NCBI RefSeq assembly: GCF_963921235.1
Contig: NC_086097.1
Coordinates: 2,914,001-2,978,000, forward strand
Length of the DNA stretch: 64,000 bases
From: Mobula hypostoma
Lineage: Eukaryota
Reading direction: 5' to 3'
The stretch's first letter is position 1. Each line of letters opens with the position of its first letter. A program made the translations under genes and the position numbers. Under the pieces are notes generated by a model. The model ran no database searches, was not told the DNA's origin, and was given only the letters and a program-made list of their open reading frames with translations. Positions 51,901 through 64,000 of this stretch are shown here, one piece after another.

Positions 51901-52735
51901 TCTGTATGGTTAATTGTAAAAAAAAGCTCAATCTGTTCATTCATAAAATTAACAAAGTCCGAGTCCTGAAGCAACAGCGAATTAAAACGCCATTGTCTAT
52001 TGTTTGGTATATTGGCCATAATTTTAATAGAAAGCTTAAGTGGAGCATGATCCGAAATGGTTATAGAATCATAATCACATTTAATCACTGAAGGAATGAG
52101 ACGAGAATCAATGAAAAAATAATCAATTCTTGAATAGGAATGATGAACATGTGAAAAGAAGGAAAAATCTTTTTCCTGAGGATGCAGAAAACGCCAAATG
52201 TCCGTCGACCCAGAATCAGAAAGGAAAAAATTAATCAAATTTGCAGATTTATTAGGTAAAGTCCGTAAAGGAGCCGAACGGTCCAAAGCTGGAGATAAAC
52301 AGGTATTAAGATCTCCGCCCCAAATCAATGAAAACTCGTTCAAATTCGGAAACTGATCAAACAATGATTTATAATATTCCGGACAATCCATATTAGGAGC
52401 ATAAACATTAACCAAAACTACTTTTTTATTAAATAGTAAACCACTAACCAATAAAAATCTACCATTCGGATCAGAGATAATACCTGTTGTATAAAAGTAA
52501 TTGAGGAATCTATAAAAATAGAGACGCCTCGAATCTTAGCATTGGAGTTCGAATGAAATTGTTGCCCCTTCCAGAATTTGAAAAAACGTAGTCTGTCCCC
52601 CCTCCGTACATGGGTCTCTTGTAAAAATAAAATTTGTGCTTTAAGTCTCCGGAACACTTTAAAAACTTTTTTTCTTTTAATAGGATGATTAAGACCATTA
52701 GTATTCCAGGAGACAAAATTAATAATAGACTCCAT
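48961..52735 (-). pseudogene. L1 ORF2p (APE endonuclease, RT, Cys-rich domain) broken by two apparent 1-bp deletions
   Basis: SWNTNGL, LQETH, GGDLN, SDHAP, GTRQGCPLSPLLF, LYADD, CDRC..HMFWSC across three long ORFs; frameshifts near 52480 and 50420. Confidence 0.9.
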
Positions 52736-53457
52736 ATATCCTAAAGTCAACCCACAACAAGGAGGATTGACAATAGGCGCGACCCACAAACCCGGAGAGG
52801 AAACAGAACATACAAAAGATACCGGGGAAAAGGACGCAACCAGTACTTCAATAATGTATATAGCCCAAAGAAAAACAAACTAAAACGTGAAGCCCCTCCC
52901 ACCACCCCCCACCCCAAGACCCCAAGGCAAAATCTAAAGCAGACCCGCCAGAAAGAAGCAAGCGCTAAAACTACCCCCATGACTTCCGGTATACGCTCCC
53001 TAAAAAAAAGGTATAAATATGAAAAGGATCAGCTAATTGTAAAACAGTAAAAAAATAAGTAAAAAAAAGTTAGCTCAATTAGAATACACACAGAACAGAA
53101 CAAAAGCCGGAAAATATATATTAAAAAAAAACCACAATAAACCTCAAACTCATGAATAGACACAGCAACAAAAAAAATAGGATTATTAACATAAAGTGAT
53201 TATAAAAAGCAAAACAGAATAAAATTTAAAAAAAAACTACAAAATTTAAGGCCGCACAGGAAATACGTAAGATGACAAAAGGGAAGTAACCACCCAGAAT
53301 CCCCTGGGAAAAGAAAGAAATGACGCAGTTAAAAAGAAAGTTTAGCAGCCATATTAAGAAATCAAAAGTAAACTTTTCTGCCCAAATAGGGCACAGAAAA
53401 GTTAAAACCAACCAATTCACAGCCTCCGATCAACGGAGATAATTAAAAAAAAGGCAA

Positions 53458-54339
53458 TTAAGATGTTGAAGATGAAAGTTGATCCAGATAACTCTGGGCA
53501 TCCGATGGAGAATCAAAAAAACGAAGGGCTCCATCTGACATGCGAATCCTTAGACGTGCAGGGTACAGCAGCGCTGGTCTTAAATCCTTCTTATAGAATT
53601 CCGACATCACGGATCTGTAACGGACCCGTTGGTCCCAGATTGGTTTACTGAAATCTTCCACGAATCGGAACTTAAGATCCGAAAAATCAATGAAACCTTT
53701 AGATCGAGCGAATCGAAACAGTCTCTCCTTGTCTTGAAAGTAATGAAAACGTAAGATAACATGCCTAGGTCTATCTGACCTAGACGAGTATGATGGGATT
53801 CTGTGAACACGATCCAGTAGCGGCGGTTGGTCAGGAAATACAGTAGGGAATGCATCTTTTAAAAGTTGAGAGAAATATTTCATGGGATTATTAGCTTCAA
53901 CAGCTTCCCTCACGCCAATCATTCGTAAATTCTGCCGTCGCATTCTAGATTCCAAGTCAGAGTTTTTAAAAGTCAAAAAGTCAAGTTTCTTCTTCATTAC
54001 ATTAATTGTTTCTTCGATTTTCCCCATCTTAAGCTCACTTTGTTGCGCGAATTTTTGAAGATCAGATATAGCCGACTGATGTTCCGCAATACATGTTTGC
54101 ATCTTATCAATTAAATCGGCAATTTTCTGGAAATTAGTTGAGATTTCCGTATGAATCAGGTCTTTAACAAAGCCTGCAATTTCCGTACGAATCATCTCCC
54201 TAACAGAGGTTGAAATTTCCCTCTGAATTAACTCCGATATCGCTTTCAAAGTCACCGGTGATTCAGTCGGGGGGAGATCCGTAGCTTTCGGTTTAACCGG
54301 AGGTTTACCATCCTTGCCGTTTTTCCCGTTCTTAGACAT
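53458..54339 (-). CDS. L1 ORF1p (coiled coil, RRM, CTD), intact
   Basis: MSKNGK..DLESRMRRQNLRMIGV..LDRVHR..RHVILRFHYFQDKE..ALLYPARLRI; open for ~293 aa. Confidence 0.88.
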   Translation of the reverse strand: MSKNGKNGKDGKPPVKPKATDLPPTESPVTLKAISELIQREISTSVREMIRTEIAGFVKDLIHTEISTNFQKIADLIDKMQTCIAEHQSAISDLQKFAQQSELKMGKIEETINVMKKKLDFLTFKNSDLESRMRRQNLRMIGVREAVEANNPMKYFSQLLKDAFPTVFPDQPPLLDRVHRIPSYSSRSDRPRHVILRFHYFQDKERLFRFARSKGFIDFSDLKFRFVEDFSKPIWDQRVRYRSVMSEFYKKDLRPALLYPARLRIRMSDGALRFFDSPSDAQSYLDQLSSSTS

Positions 54340-54992
54340 AGCAGATCTAAGTATCATCCAATTGTCAGAGAATTCAGTTTAATTCAAAGTATTGTAAAAA
54401 TTGATGCCTTAATGGTTAATTAAAGTATAGCTGACCATAGAGAAAAAAAACTCAGAGGTAATGGAGCGAGTCAAGAACGCGACTTCACTCCATGAGCGCT
54501 ACCGGAAGTCCCTACTGTAAACCTGATAACCATAGTAATTTTCAATTATTCAACGTCAACCATCAAGAAGGAGGTACACACTCAACTTTTAGGAACAGCT
54601 TCTTTCCTTCCACCACCAGATTTCTGGACGGGCAATGAACCCATTAATACTACCTCACTATTACATATTTCCCCTCTCTTTTTGCACTACTTATTTAATT
54701 TAATTTTTTAAAACATATATTCCATATTGTAATTTATAGTGTATTGCGATGTACTGCTGCCTCAAAGCAGCAAATTTCAGGACATATGCCAGTGATATTA
54801 AACCTGATTCGGATTCTAGTTCAGGGAGTGAGCACTGAATTAATGATCAGTTTGCATGTAGATCTCAAGTCTGGCGCAAGATATTAAGGTTTTCTTGTGG
54901 ACGGGGAGGGGTGAAGGACTGTACTGGTAACTAATCTGATTGATCAAACATTGATGTTACTGATTCTGGGAATCAGAAGTGAAAACAACATC

Positions 54993-55737
54993 CTAGGGGC
55001 CCCAGACAGTCCTTCCAGGTGAGGCGCCACTTCACCTGTGAGTCGGCTGGGGTGATATACTGCATCCGGTGCTCCCGATGTGGCCTTCTATCTATTGGCG
55101 AGACCTGACGCAGACTGGGAGACCGTTTTGCTGAACACCTATGCTCTGTCCGCCAGAGAAAGCAGGATCTCCCAGTGGCCACACATTTTAATTCCACATC
55201 CCATTCCCATTCTGACATGTCTATCCACAGCCTCCTCTACTGCAAAGATGAAGCCACAGTCAGGTTGGAGGAACAACACCTTATATTTCATCTGGGTAGT
55301 CTCCAACCTGATGGCATGAACATCGACTTCTCTAACTTCTGCTCATGCCCCACCTCCCTCTCATACCCCATCCGCTATTTATTTTTATACACATTCTTTC
55401 TCTCTCTCTCATTTTTCTCCCTCTCTCCCTCTGACTATACCCCTTGCCCATCCTCTGGGTTTTTCCCCCCTCCCCCTTTTCCTTCTCCCTGGGCCTCCTG
55501 TCCCATGATCCTCTCATATCCCTTTTGCCTATCACCTGTCCAGCTCTTGGCTCCATCCCTCCCCCTCCTGTCTTCTCCTATCATTTTGGATCTCCCCCTC
55601 CCCCTCCCACTTTCAAATCTCTTACAAACTCTTCCTTCAGTTAGTCCTGAGGAAGGGTCTCGGCCTGAAACGTCGACTGTACCTCTTCCTAGAGGTGCTG
55701 CCTGACCTGCTGCGTTCACCAGCAACTTTGATGTGTG
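54993..55737 (+). mobile_element. Penelope-like element 3' fragment with GIY-YIG endonuclease and terminal repeat
   Basis: FTCESAGVIYCIRCSRCGLLSIGET*RRLGDRFAEH..PVATHFNS..EEQHLIFHLGSLQPDGMN; pyrimidine-rich UTR. Confidence 0.85.
55643..55678 (+). ncRNA. Minimal type I hammerhead ribozyme motif (Penelope-associated)
   Basis: AGTC-CTGAGGA-AGGGTCTCGGCCT-GAAA-CG-TC-GACT. Confidence 0.72.
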
Positions 55738-56544
55738 ATCCTAGGGGGAAGAATCAACAGCTGAGGAAGAAGAAGCAGACTCTTATCATTCTATGGGGAA
55801 AAAAATTGGGAATGTTCTGGAATAGGATCCAAGCCCAGCCCGAAAATGCCCTTTCAATTTTGATGTCAACAGGATCTTATATGGATAACTGCATCATTTA
55901 AATATTACAATACGTTTACAGAGCGTGCCTGCTTTATGTTTTTAAATGTAAGCAACCAAGTTTTCTGGACCTTGGGGGATATATTGCAGCTGAAAAAAGA
56001 AAGGGTGTTCAAATTCATGAGGTAGATGACTGTGCAGGAATCTTTCTTCACTCCCTCAAAGGTATCCACTCAATTCATCCTCTTTCCATGGTTTTCTCCT
56101 TCCATCTACTGTAGTGATCACCTCCCTCCGTCACTACCCTGGTATTCCTATCCCTGCCTGCTCCTGCCTCTCTGGCTTTGTAAGCAGCAGCCTTCTGCCT
56201 GTAAATATTACCTACATGCACATGGGTCCTAGGTCTAGATTTGTCAGGGCTTTCCTAGGTTTTCTGGCACTGTTAATAGCTTCTCCTGCATGCGTTCAAC
56301 AGCAGGCTAAAAACCAAATGAGAATATCAAGCCCATGACCAAGATCACAATTTAGCTCTTTTTCACTCCAAAAGTACTAAATGAGCCACTGCTTATTTCT
56401 AGTTACCTTTTTGTCCTCAGCTTTCATTGCCTAAGTAGTGAAAGCATGTTTAAGATCAAAAGCCGATTCACAATGAATAATCAGATATTTCGTCAAGGTT
56501 GCCTCTGGTGCTAGTTCAACAGCATTGATTAGAACTCCACACAC

Positions 56545-57445
56545 GAAATGCTGTTGAAAAAGCGCCTTTATTCCCTCCACAAAAAGCAGGATTTCCCAGT
56601 GGCCAACCATTTCAATTCCTATCCTCATTCCCATTCTGGCATGTCCGACTATGGCCTCCTCTTCTACCATGATGAGGCCACTCTCAGGGTAAGGGAGCAA
56701 CACATTGTAACTGTCGGTGGCCTCCAGTCATGAAAATCAATTTCTTCAACTTCTGTTAATCATCTTTCCTTGCCCCTCTTCTTCATTTTTCCACTCTGTT
56801 CCCCTCCCTTTACCTCTTCTCCTTATCTGCGTATCACCTCCCCTTGGTACTTCTCCTCCTTCTCTTTCTCTCATGGTCCACTCTCCTTTCCTATCAGATT
56901 CCTCCTCCAGTCCTTTACCCTTTTCCATCTATTAGCTCCCAGCTTCTTACTTCATCCCCTTCCCAACCCCCCTCCCTGGACACCTGGCTTCAGTGATCAC
57001 CTTCTAGCTTGTTCTCTGTCCCCTCCCCCACTTTCTTTTACTGACATTTTTCCCCCTTCCTTTCCTGATGAAGGGTCTCGGCTTGAAATGGCAACTGTGT
57101 ATTCATTTCACAGATGCTGCCTGAGCTGCAAATTTTCTCCAGCATTTTGGATGTGTTGCTCTGGATTTACAGCATCTGTAGAATATCCCGTGTTTTCAAA
57201 ACTTCCCTTCGGTAAACCACCCACATCCCAGTCAAGCACTATCTGCCTGCCTAACTGACCACAGTACCTGCAGAAACTAACCTGGCTTCTCGCCCCTTCC
57301 AGGCCAGTCCTATTGAAAGGTCTTGGCCTGAAATGTCAACTGTTTATTCCCCTCCATAGATGCTGCCTGACCTGCTGAGTTCCTCCAGCATTTTGTGTGT
57401 GTGCGTGTGTGTTGCTCTGGGTTTCCAGCATCTGCAGAATCTCTT
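56545..57445 (+). mobile_element. Older Penelope-like 3' fragment with tandem terminal repeats
   Basis: KQDFPVANHFNSYPHSHS; two degenerate cctgatgaagggtctcgg..gaaa motifs near 57064 and 57306. Confidence 0.7.
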
Positions 57446-57591
57446 GCGTTGGTGCTAAGAACTCAACCAGAATTGTTGCGCATGCATTCTGCTCTAAGTA
57501 GTTTGGGTCTTGAACCTAGAAATGTTAAGTGCTTAGAAGTATTGGTGATTGTGGCTTATTTAATTAATACAAAGATTTTGCTCCTCAATAG

Positions 57592-57821
57592 AATTGCAGC
57601 TCACACGTGAGGAGAGCTGTTGTAACCTGCTTCTCAGCAGGATGCTGCGGTCGCCATGGAAACAGGCCTGTGCGCTACTGTAAGAGATGTCACTACAACT
57701 ATCATTCCAGTGAGATTGGTGCTGGATCAGAGGCCCACCTTTACCAAACTTCACCCCCTCCGATGAACACCCGAGAATGTGGTGCAGAGGAGCTGGTTTG
57801 TACTGTGGAATCAGTAGTCAG
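57592..57821 (+). CDS. UNC79: UNC79 coding exon
   Basis: caatag|AATTGC...GTCAG|gtaaac; NCSSHVRRAVVTCFSAGCCGRHGNRPVRYCKRCH...ECGAEELVCTVESVV; 230 bp, ends phase 2. Confidence 0.96.
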
Positions 57822-59082
57822 GTAAACAATAATATCAGTCAGAAAATACTTCATTCTGAAGATCTGTTGCACTACTTGTTTATAAACTATTTCACATCTT
57901 CGGTGGTTAATTTTGTAACAGTTGGTATAACTCCTGTTGTAAATGTATTCCTTGCATCACAGTTTTGCTCTTTTATGTACATACTTCTCATAGTTGTCTG
58001 AGCTCTAATGTCTTGAATTCGTTCCCTAATAATTTCTATCATTTTATTTTTCCCTTTCCACCCTGCACTACCTCCCTCTCCTCCTGCCATTCTAAGGTAC
58101 CTTTAAAACTTAGCACTGTGGCTATGACTTTGGCAAGTGCCCAAATATGGCTTTTGAGTCTAATTTGTCTGGCAATTCACTTTTTCAGCTCTTTATGTGT
58201 GCTTTTCTGAATTAAAGCTCTACAGAAAGTTAACATTTGTTTAAATATTTCATTTTTTTCCCATTTGAATCACTTCTTCATCCCATTCCTATCAGGGAGG
58301 AGGCTACGTAGCATTCATGCCAGGACCACCAGTCTCAAAAGCAATTACTTTCCCCAAGTAATAAGACTGATCAACACCTCCACCCACTAACTCCACCACT
58401 ATTTTTCCCCCCTGTCAGTCACCTTATGTACAGCCTGGCAACACTTTATGGATATATAATCAATGTATTAAGTTATGAATTTATATTTATGTTTTTATTA
58501 TGACTATGATGTTTATCTTTGGATTTTTTTGTGTGCTGCATCCGATCCGGAGTAACGCTTACTTTGTTCTCCTTTATGCTTGTGCTCTGGAAATGACATT
58601 GATCAATCTTGACAACCTTGAAAATGTTGGTTTATGTTTGAAGTAAAGGTTGCAATCGTGGAAAGTCTGGAAAGTTGCCTTTAATCTGCCTGTTTCCTGT
58701 TTTAATCGAGATGGGTGGCCAAGCATTCCTAGGAATCAGATTGATGACATAAACACTACAATCAGGCATCTACTTTCATTTCAACAGTGCTTCTATTTCT
58801 AAACTAAAGACAGCTCAGTTTTTCAGGTTTGGGATATCTGGCAGCTGACAATAAGTGAAATGGGTTGAATCTATGTAGTAATCAATGTTTGTGGGCCAGC
58901 AAGAGACTGAGTGTTTCTTCCAGTCACCAAGCTATGCCACTGAGCTCCAAACCTGGGAGGTGTCTACTTTGGTCCAAACCCTTGACCACCGTCAGCTCTT
59001 TCCCTCTAGCCCCTATTTGCTTTTCTGGTACAAAATTTCAAGATCGTCTGGATTGTTTAATGTCACTTCCAGTACGTGAGTG

Positions 59083-59380
59083 TGTGGCGCGTGGCCAGGT
59101 GGTTAGGGCGTTGGACGAACGATCTGAAGGTCATGGGTTCGAGCCTCGGCCGAGGCAGTGTGTGTGTCCTTGAGCAAGGCACTTAACCACACAATGCTCC
59201 AGTCTACCCAGCTGAGAATGGGTACCGGCAAAAATGCTGGGGGTTAACCTCGCGATAGACTGGCACCCTATCCGGGGGGTGGGGGTGGGGGAGAGTCTCG
59301 TACTCTCAGTCGCTTCACGCCATGGAAACCGGCATAAGTACCGGCCTGATGGGCCACAAGGCTCGTGACAGACTTTAATT
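59083..59380 (+). mobile_element. tRNA-headed CORE-like SINE, CpG-rich
   Basis: A box tggccaggtgg, B box ggttcgagcc, core gtgtccttgagcaaggcacttaac. Confidence 0.75.
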
Positions 59381-60369
59381 TTTAATCAGTACATGAGTGT
59401 AAAGGAGAATGAAATAACTGTTACTCTGGATCTGATGCAGCACAAAAGAAACACAATAAGATAAAGAATACAATAATAATAAAACACAATAAATATAAAT
59501 GCATAAGATAGCTTATATACATTTCAAAGTGATGCTCCATAAAGTGACTCTAGGCACAGGAGTGTCTGCACCTAAGGTGACTCAGATGGGAAATGATAAA
59601 GTCATGGTGGTTGGAGTTGTGGAGGGGTGGGTGAGTGGGTCGAGGTGTTGATCAGCCTTACTGCTAGGGGAAGGTAACTGGTTTTGAGTCTGGTGGCCCT
59701 GGCGTGGAGGCTATTTAGCTTCCCTAGAATTACAAACGTGTATTTCTTCCCAGCACAATCCAGACTTCCATTCCTTTTGCTTTTGTACCATGATCATGCC
59801 TGCAACTGAGCAGGAATCCTACTGGATGGAGCTCTGCTTTTAAACTTGTAAGGGGTTTTGGAAACCCATTCATGTGAAACATGCAGCCACATATCAGCAT
59901 CTCTAGGATAGATTCTGTGGCAAAGTTTCTAATATATGAAACTTGTATCAGGACTTTTGAGAAATGTTTCTTTTGGTGACATGTATTTCAGTGGCATATG
60001 TTAGTTAATTTCTTTCTGTGACTGCTCTGTGCCTTCAGGTGACTCTCTGGCCAGGGAATGATACTTAATTTTAGCTCTGACTTCTGTTTGTAACAACCTT
60101 CTCTAGGGCAGGGATCCCCAACCTTGGGTCTAAGGACCCCTTGGTTAACGGTAGAGGTCCATGGCATGTGAAAGGTTGGGAACCCCTGCCCTAGAGGTTG
60201 GAAGATTTATTGCCTGAAATCTGATTTAAAGTTTAATTTTAGAACCAGTGCGATGCATTCTGGGATGATTGGATGAAACGTTTCTTTTTTTTTCCTTTAT
60301 TTAGGTCTGGTTTTATTATTCTCAAGTTAGATTTTTGTTTAAACAGATTAATCTTTAATTTTTCTACAG

Positions 60370-60541
60370 TTTACTGAAGGAAGCGGAATACCATGCAGAG
60401 CAAAGGGAGTTTGAATTAAACCGAAGACGGCAAATGGGTCTATCTTTATCCCATCATTCACTGGACAATATGGAGTATGATAACAAGGATGATGATAAAA
60501 ATGATCAACGCTTGTTGAGCCAGTTTGGAATCTGGGTTCTG
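60370..60541 (+). CDS. UNC79: UNC79 coding exon
   Basis: tctacag|TTTACTG...GTTCTG|gtaaat; (S)LLKEAEYHAEQREFELNRRRQMGLS...DQRLLSQFGIWVL; 172 bp, phase 2 to 0. Confidence 0.96.
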
Positions 60542-61909
60542 GTAAATAAATGAAATGATAATTTTAATCTGAAGATTATGCCACATATTGGGACCAAATG
60601 GAAGTGAGGTAGTTAAGGATAATTGCTGGTGGATTTGAAGGGCAGTGCACACAAATTCATGTCTTGATGCTACATTAAATGCATTAATAACCCACACCTC
60701 TTGTCTCCAGATTTCATTGAAGTAAATCTTGGAGGCAGAATTCAATGTGCTCACACGACTGTATAGGCAATTTTGAATAATCATCAGGGGATTAACATCT
60801 GGGCATGTTTTTCAGGAGCTTGCAACCACTTCAGAATTAGAATGGAATCAGAATCAGGTTTATATTGTGAAATCTGTTGTTTGGCAGCAGCATTACATTG
60901 CAATACTTAATAATAAAAATACTGTAAATTACAATATGTTCAATTAAGCAGCGCAATAAGAGAACAAAGAAAGAAAAAAGTAGTGAGTTAGTGTACATGG
61001 GTTCATTGTTCATTCAGTAACCTGATGACAGAAAGGAAAAAGCTACTCCTAAAACTTCTTTTCTCTAAGTGTAATGTTCTCAACCCCAAAAAGAATGTCC
61101 TATTCTGAGTACAGGTACAGAGACATCAAAAGCTTCTTCTACCCTAACCCTTTCATTTCCAGAATAATTCTTGCGTACCTCCTCTGATCCCTCTCCAATT
61201 CCAGCACATATTTTCTCAGATAAGGGGCTCACAATAATGCAGGTGCAGTCTGACCAATGTCTTATAAGCCTCAGCATTTGACATTTGAGAAATGTAATCA
61301 GCATTCAGAGTGGCTGAGTGCAGGTGTCAAGCAGTTCTTTCCCTAGCTGTGAGCTTTGCTATCCCCAATCCTTCCTAAGTACTTTGTTTCTAAGCAGTGT
61401 CATGCATTCTAAATCAAAATCAAAGTTCCAATTTATTATTACCATATACAACCTTGCAATTCATCTTCGTGCAGGCCCTCACAAAACAAAGAAACACAAT
61501 GAAATCCACAAAAATCCACACACAACAAAGACTGACAAACATCCAGTGTGTAAAAGATGACAAATCATTCAAATAATTTAAAACAAATAATATATGGTAC
61601 ATGAGCTGCAGAGTCCCTGATAGTGAGTCCACAGCTGTGGAGTCCATTCAATGCTAAAGTGAGTGAAGCTGGTCCACGTACCTAAAGACGGCAGGGCAAC
61701 AGCTGCTCCTGAATCTTGGGATCTTGGGTCCCAAGTCTCTTGAACCTCTTGACCAGTAGTAGTGAGTAGAGAGGGAGATCTTAGACACAGTAGCTGACAA
61801 GAGTTATTATTAAACTCCGTGTCCTTTTTTCCACCTAGAATATCTTTCCTTTTGAACTGTCACTTTGTGCAAGTTCTTACCTTTATGATGCAATTAGTAA
61901 CCTAGCTTC

Positions 61910-63065
61910 TGCTTTCTTAGGAGTTTGTGAAGATTTGGCTTGTCATCGAGAACTGTGACAAACTTTTATAAATGTATGGTGGAGAGTATACTGACTGTTT
62001 GCATAACAGCTTAATATAGAAATACCAATACCCTTGAATGGAATAGCTACACTGTGTACATACATCTACTGATGCTTCTGGACACATCTTCAGTGATGTT
62101 CCTGGAATCATCGTGTGTTTCGGGTCTTTCAACATCATACAGCCTCCTCCAGGTGACCCAGCCGGGGCTGATCAGACCCCAGTTTGTGTCCAGATGGCTA
62201 GCTACTTATGACTCCATGGCTCCCCTCTTTTGAGCCACAGCCATCTTGAGGCCCTCTCTGCCGCATCAGTGGTACTGCGGATGGCTCTCCTTTTCCTCTC
62301 TCCCTCGATGCCCAAAATGCTGAAGGCTCTAACTAAAGAATGGGCTACGAATCCCCTACAACCAACCTCCACTGGGAGACACCTCGCTCTCCATCCAGAC
62401 TGCTGACAGTTGCTGACCAGTCCTGTGTACTTGGAGAGCTTCCTTTCAAAGGCCTCTTCCAAGCTATCTTCCCATGGGACTGTCAGCTCCAGCAGCACCA
62501 CTTGCTTAGTAGACTCAGACACTAGGACAAAAAGTAATGGATATAGCCCAGTCCATCATGGGTAAAACTCTCCCTCCCATTTAGGAGTGGTGTTGCAGGA
62601 AAGCAGCATCTATCATCAGGGATCCCCAGCATCCAGGCCATGTCCTCTTCTCAGTGCTACCATCAGGACGAAGGTAGAGGAGCCTCAGGACTCACACCAC
62701 CAGGTTCAGGAACAGTTACTACCTCTTAATCATTAGGCTGTTGAGCTGGGGGATAACTTTACTCAACTTCACTTACCCCATAACTGAACTGTTCCCACAG
62801 CCTATGGATTCACTTTCAAGGGCCCTTCATCTCATGTTCTGAATATTAATTGCTTAGTTATTTTTGTTATTGTTCTTTTCTGTTTGTATTTGCACAGTTT
62901 ATTGTCTTTTGCACATTGGTTGTTTGTCCATCTTGTGTGTGTTTTTTCATTGATTTGATGGTGTTTCTTTGCATCTACTGTGAATGCCTGCAAGAAAAGG
63001 AATGCCAGGGTAGTGTATGGTGACATATATGTACTTTGATATTAAGTTCACTTTGTACTTTGAAT
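61910..63065 (+). mobile_element. Rex1/Babar 3' fragment split by a HERO-like insertion
   Basis: Colinear with 4300-4970 on both sides of 62052-62530. Confidence 0.75.
62062..62530 (-). mobile_element. HERO-like (restriction-endonuclease-type) non-LTR retrotransposon 3' end
   Basis: LLELTVPWEDSLEEAFERKLSKY..PVEVGCRGF..AAERASRWLW REL-endonuclease C-terminus. Confidence 0.8.
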
Positions 63066-63197
63066 AATTTAATAAAAATGGTAAGTTCTGTATATGCTGG
63101 GCAATCCAATCATTAGGTTCTGAATGGTGCAGCAAAGATGACAATTTGCTCAAATAATTTACTCAAAATTTCTGTGCTTACTTCCTTTATTGTGCAG

Positions 63198-63428
63198 GTC
63201 AGTCTTTGCACTCCAAGTGAAAATACACCCACAGAAAGTTTAGCCCGATTGGTAAGCATGATGTTCCAGTGGTTTCATTGCACTGCCTACATGCTGGATG
63301 ACGAAGTGGGAAGCCTCGTGGAAAAGCTGAAGCCTCAGTTTGTCACTAAATGGTTGAAGACTGTTTGCGATGTTCGATTTGATGTGATGGTCATGTGTCT
63401 TCTTCCCAAACCGATGGAGTGTGCAAGA
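63198..63428 (+). CDS. UNC79: UNC79 coding exon (last in window; gene continues downstream)
   Basis: gtgcag|GTCAGT...GCAAGA|gtgagc; VSLCTPSENTPTESLARLVSMMFQWFHCTAYMLDDEVGSLVEKLKPQFVTKWLKTVCDVRFDVMVMCLLPKPMECAR; 231 bp. Confidence 0.96.
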
Positions 63429-64000
63429 GTGAGCTTTTTTTAATATGACAGTTTGTAAGAATGCTTATTTGTGTCCCCAAGTTTCAGTATACTGTAGTCA
63501 TAAAATCTCCTTCCACACTGGATCAGAAATAATCTATTTCATTTGTGATTCATCACGTAAATGAGCAGCAAACTCTGGAATTGGCATGATTTATTATTGC
63601 TTCATGTAGCGAGATACAGTGAAAAGCTTGTTTTGCTTTGTGTTCAAACAGATCAGATGATTACACCATGCATTGAGCTGATACAAGATAAAACAGTGAT
63701 AGAATGCAGGATAAAGTGTAGCAGTTACAAAGAATGTGTAGTGCAAGTAGGCAATAAAGGGTTAGATCATACCGAGGTAGATTGTGAGGTCAAGAGTACA
63801 TCTTACCATACTAGCAAAGTATTCAATAGTCTTATAATAGTGGGTAGAAACTGTGCTTGAAATTGTTAGTATGTGCTTTCAGGGTGTTTGTATCTTCTGC
63901 CCAGTGGGGAAGGGGAGAAGGGAGAATATCTGGGGTTTTCAATTATGCTGGCTACTTTACTGATGTAGCAAGAAGTACAGACAGAGTCTATGGAGGGGAA

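Larger units (their letters stand above)
48600..54512 (-). mobile_element. Full-length young L1-clade LINE (5.9 kb) with 12-bp TSD
   Basis: TACTGTAAACCT at 48588-48599 and 54513-54524; 5' end GGGACTTCCGG; aataaa and A-rich tail; ORF1 and ORF2 present. Confidence 0.95.

Noticed and set aside
59083..59160. tRNA gene
   Set aside because: A and B boxes continue into a SINE core and tail; it is a SINE head
63138..63197. N-terminal extension of ORF 63138-63443
   Set aside because: Intronic read-through upstream of the tgtgcag acceptor; the exon starts at 63198

Overview
Vertebrate genomic DNA, very likely from a cartilaginous fish (inferred from HE1/V-SINE-like, CR1, Rex1, L1 and Penelope repeats). 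The window lies inside the + strand UNC79 gene (NALCN channelosome subunit). Nine GT-AG exons between 1881 and 63428 splice in phase to about 347 aa, and the introns are packed with nested retroelements. The standout is a TSD-bounded, non-autonomous Gypsy (Mag-like) LTR element at 16452-19915. Its pol is replaced by two intronless host gene fragments: SUDS3, in sense and fused in frame to gag/protease, and RNF213 (mysterin), in antisense. Other notable items: minimal hammerhead ribozymes in Penelope-like elements, a Penelope-bounded cassette carrying a Gypsy RT fragment, a near-intact full-length L1 with a 12-bp TSD, a near-intact CR1 ORF2, a solo LTR, and two minisatellites born inside retroposons. 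All protein identifications are by recognition of sequence from memory; no database search was run.
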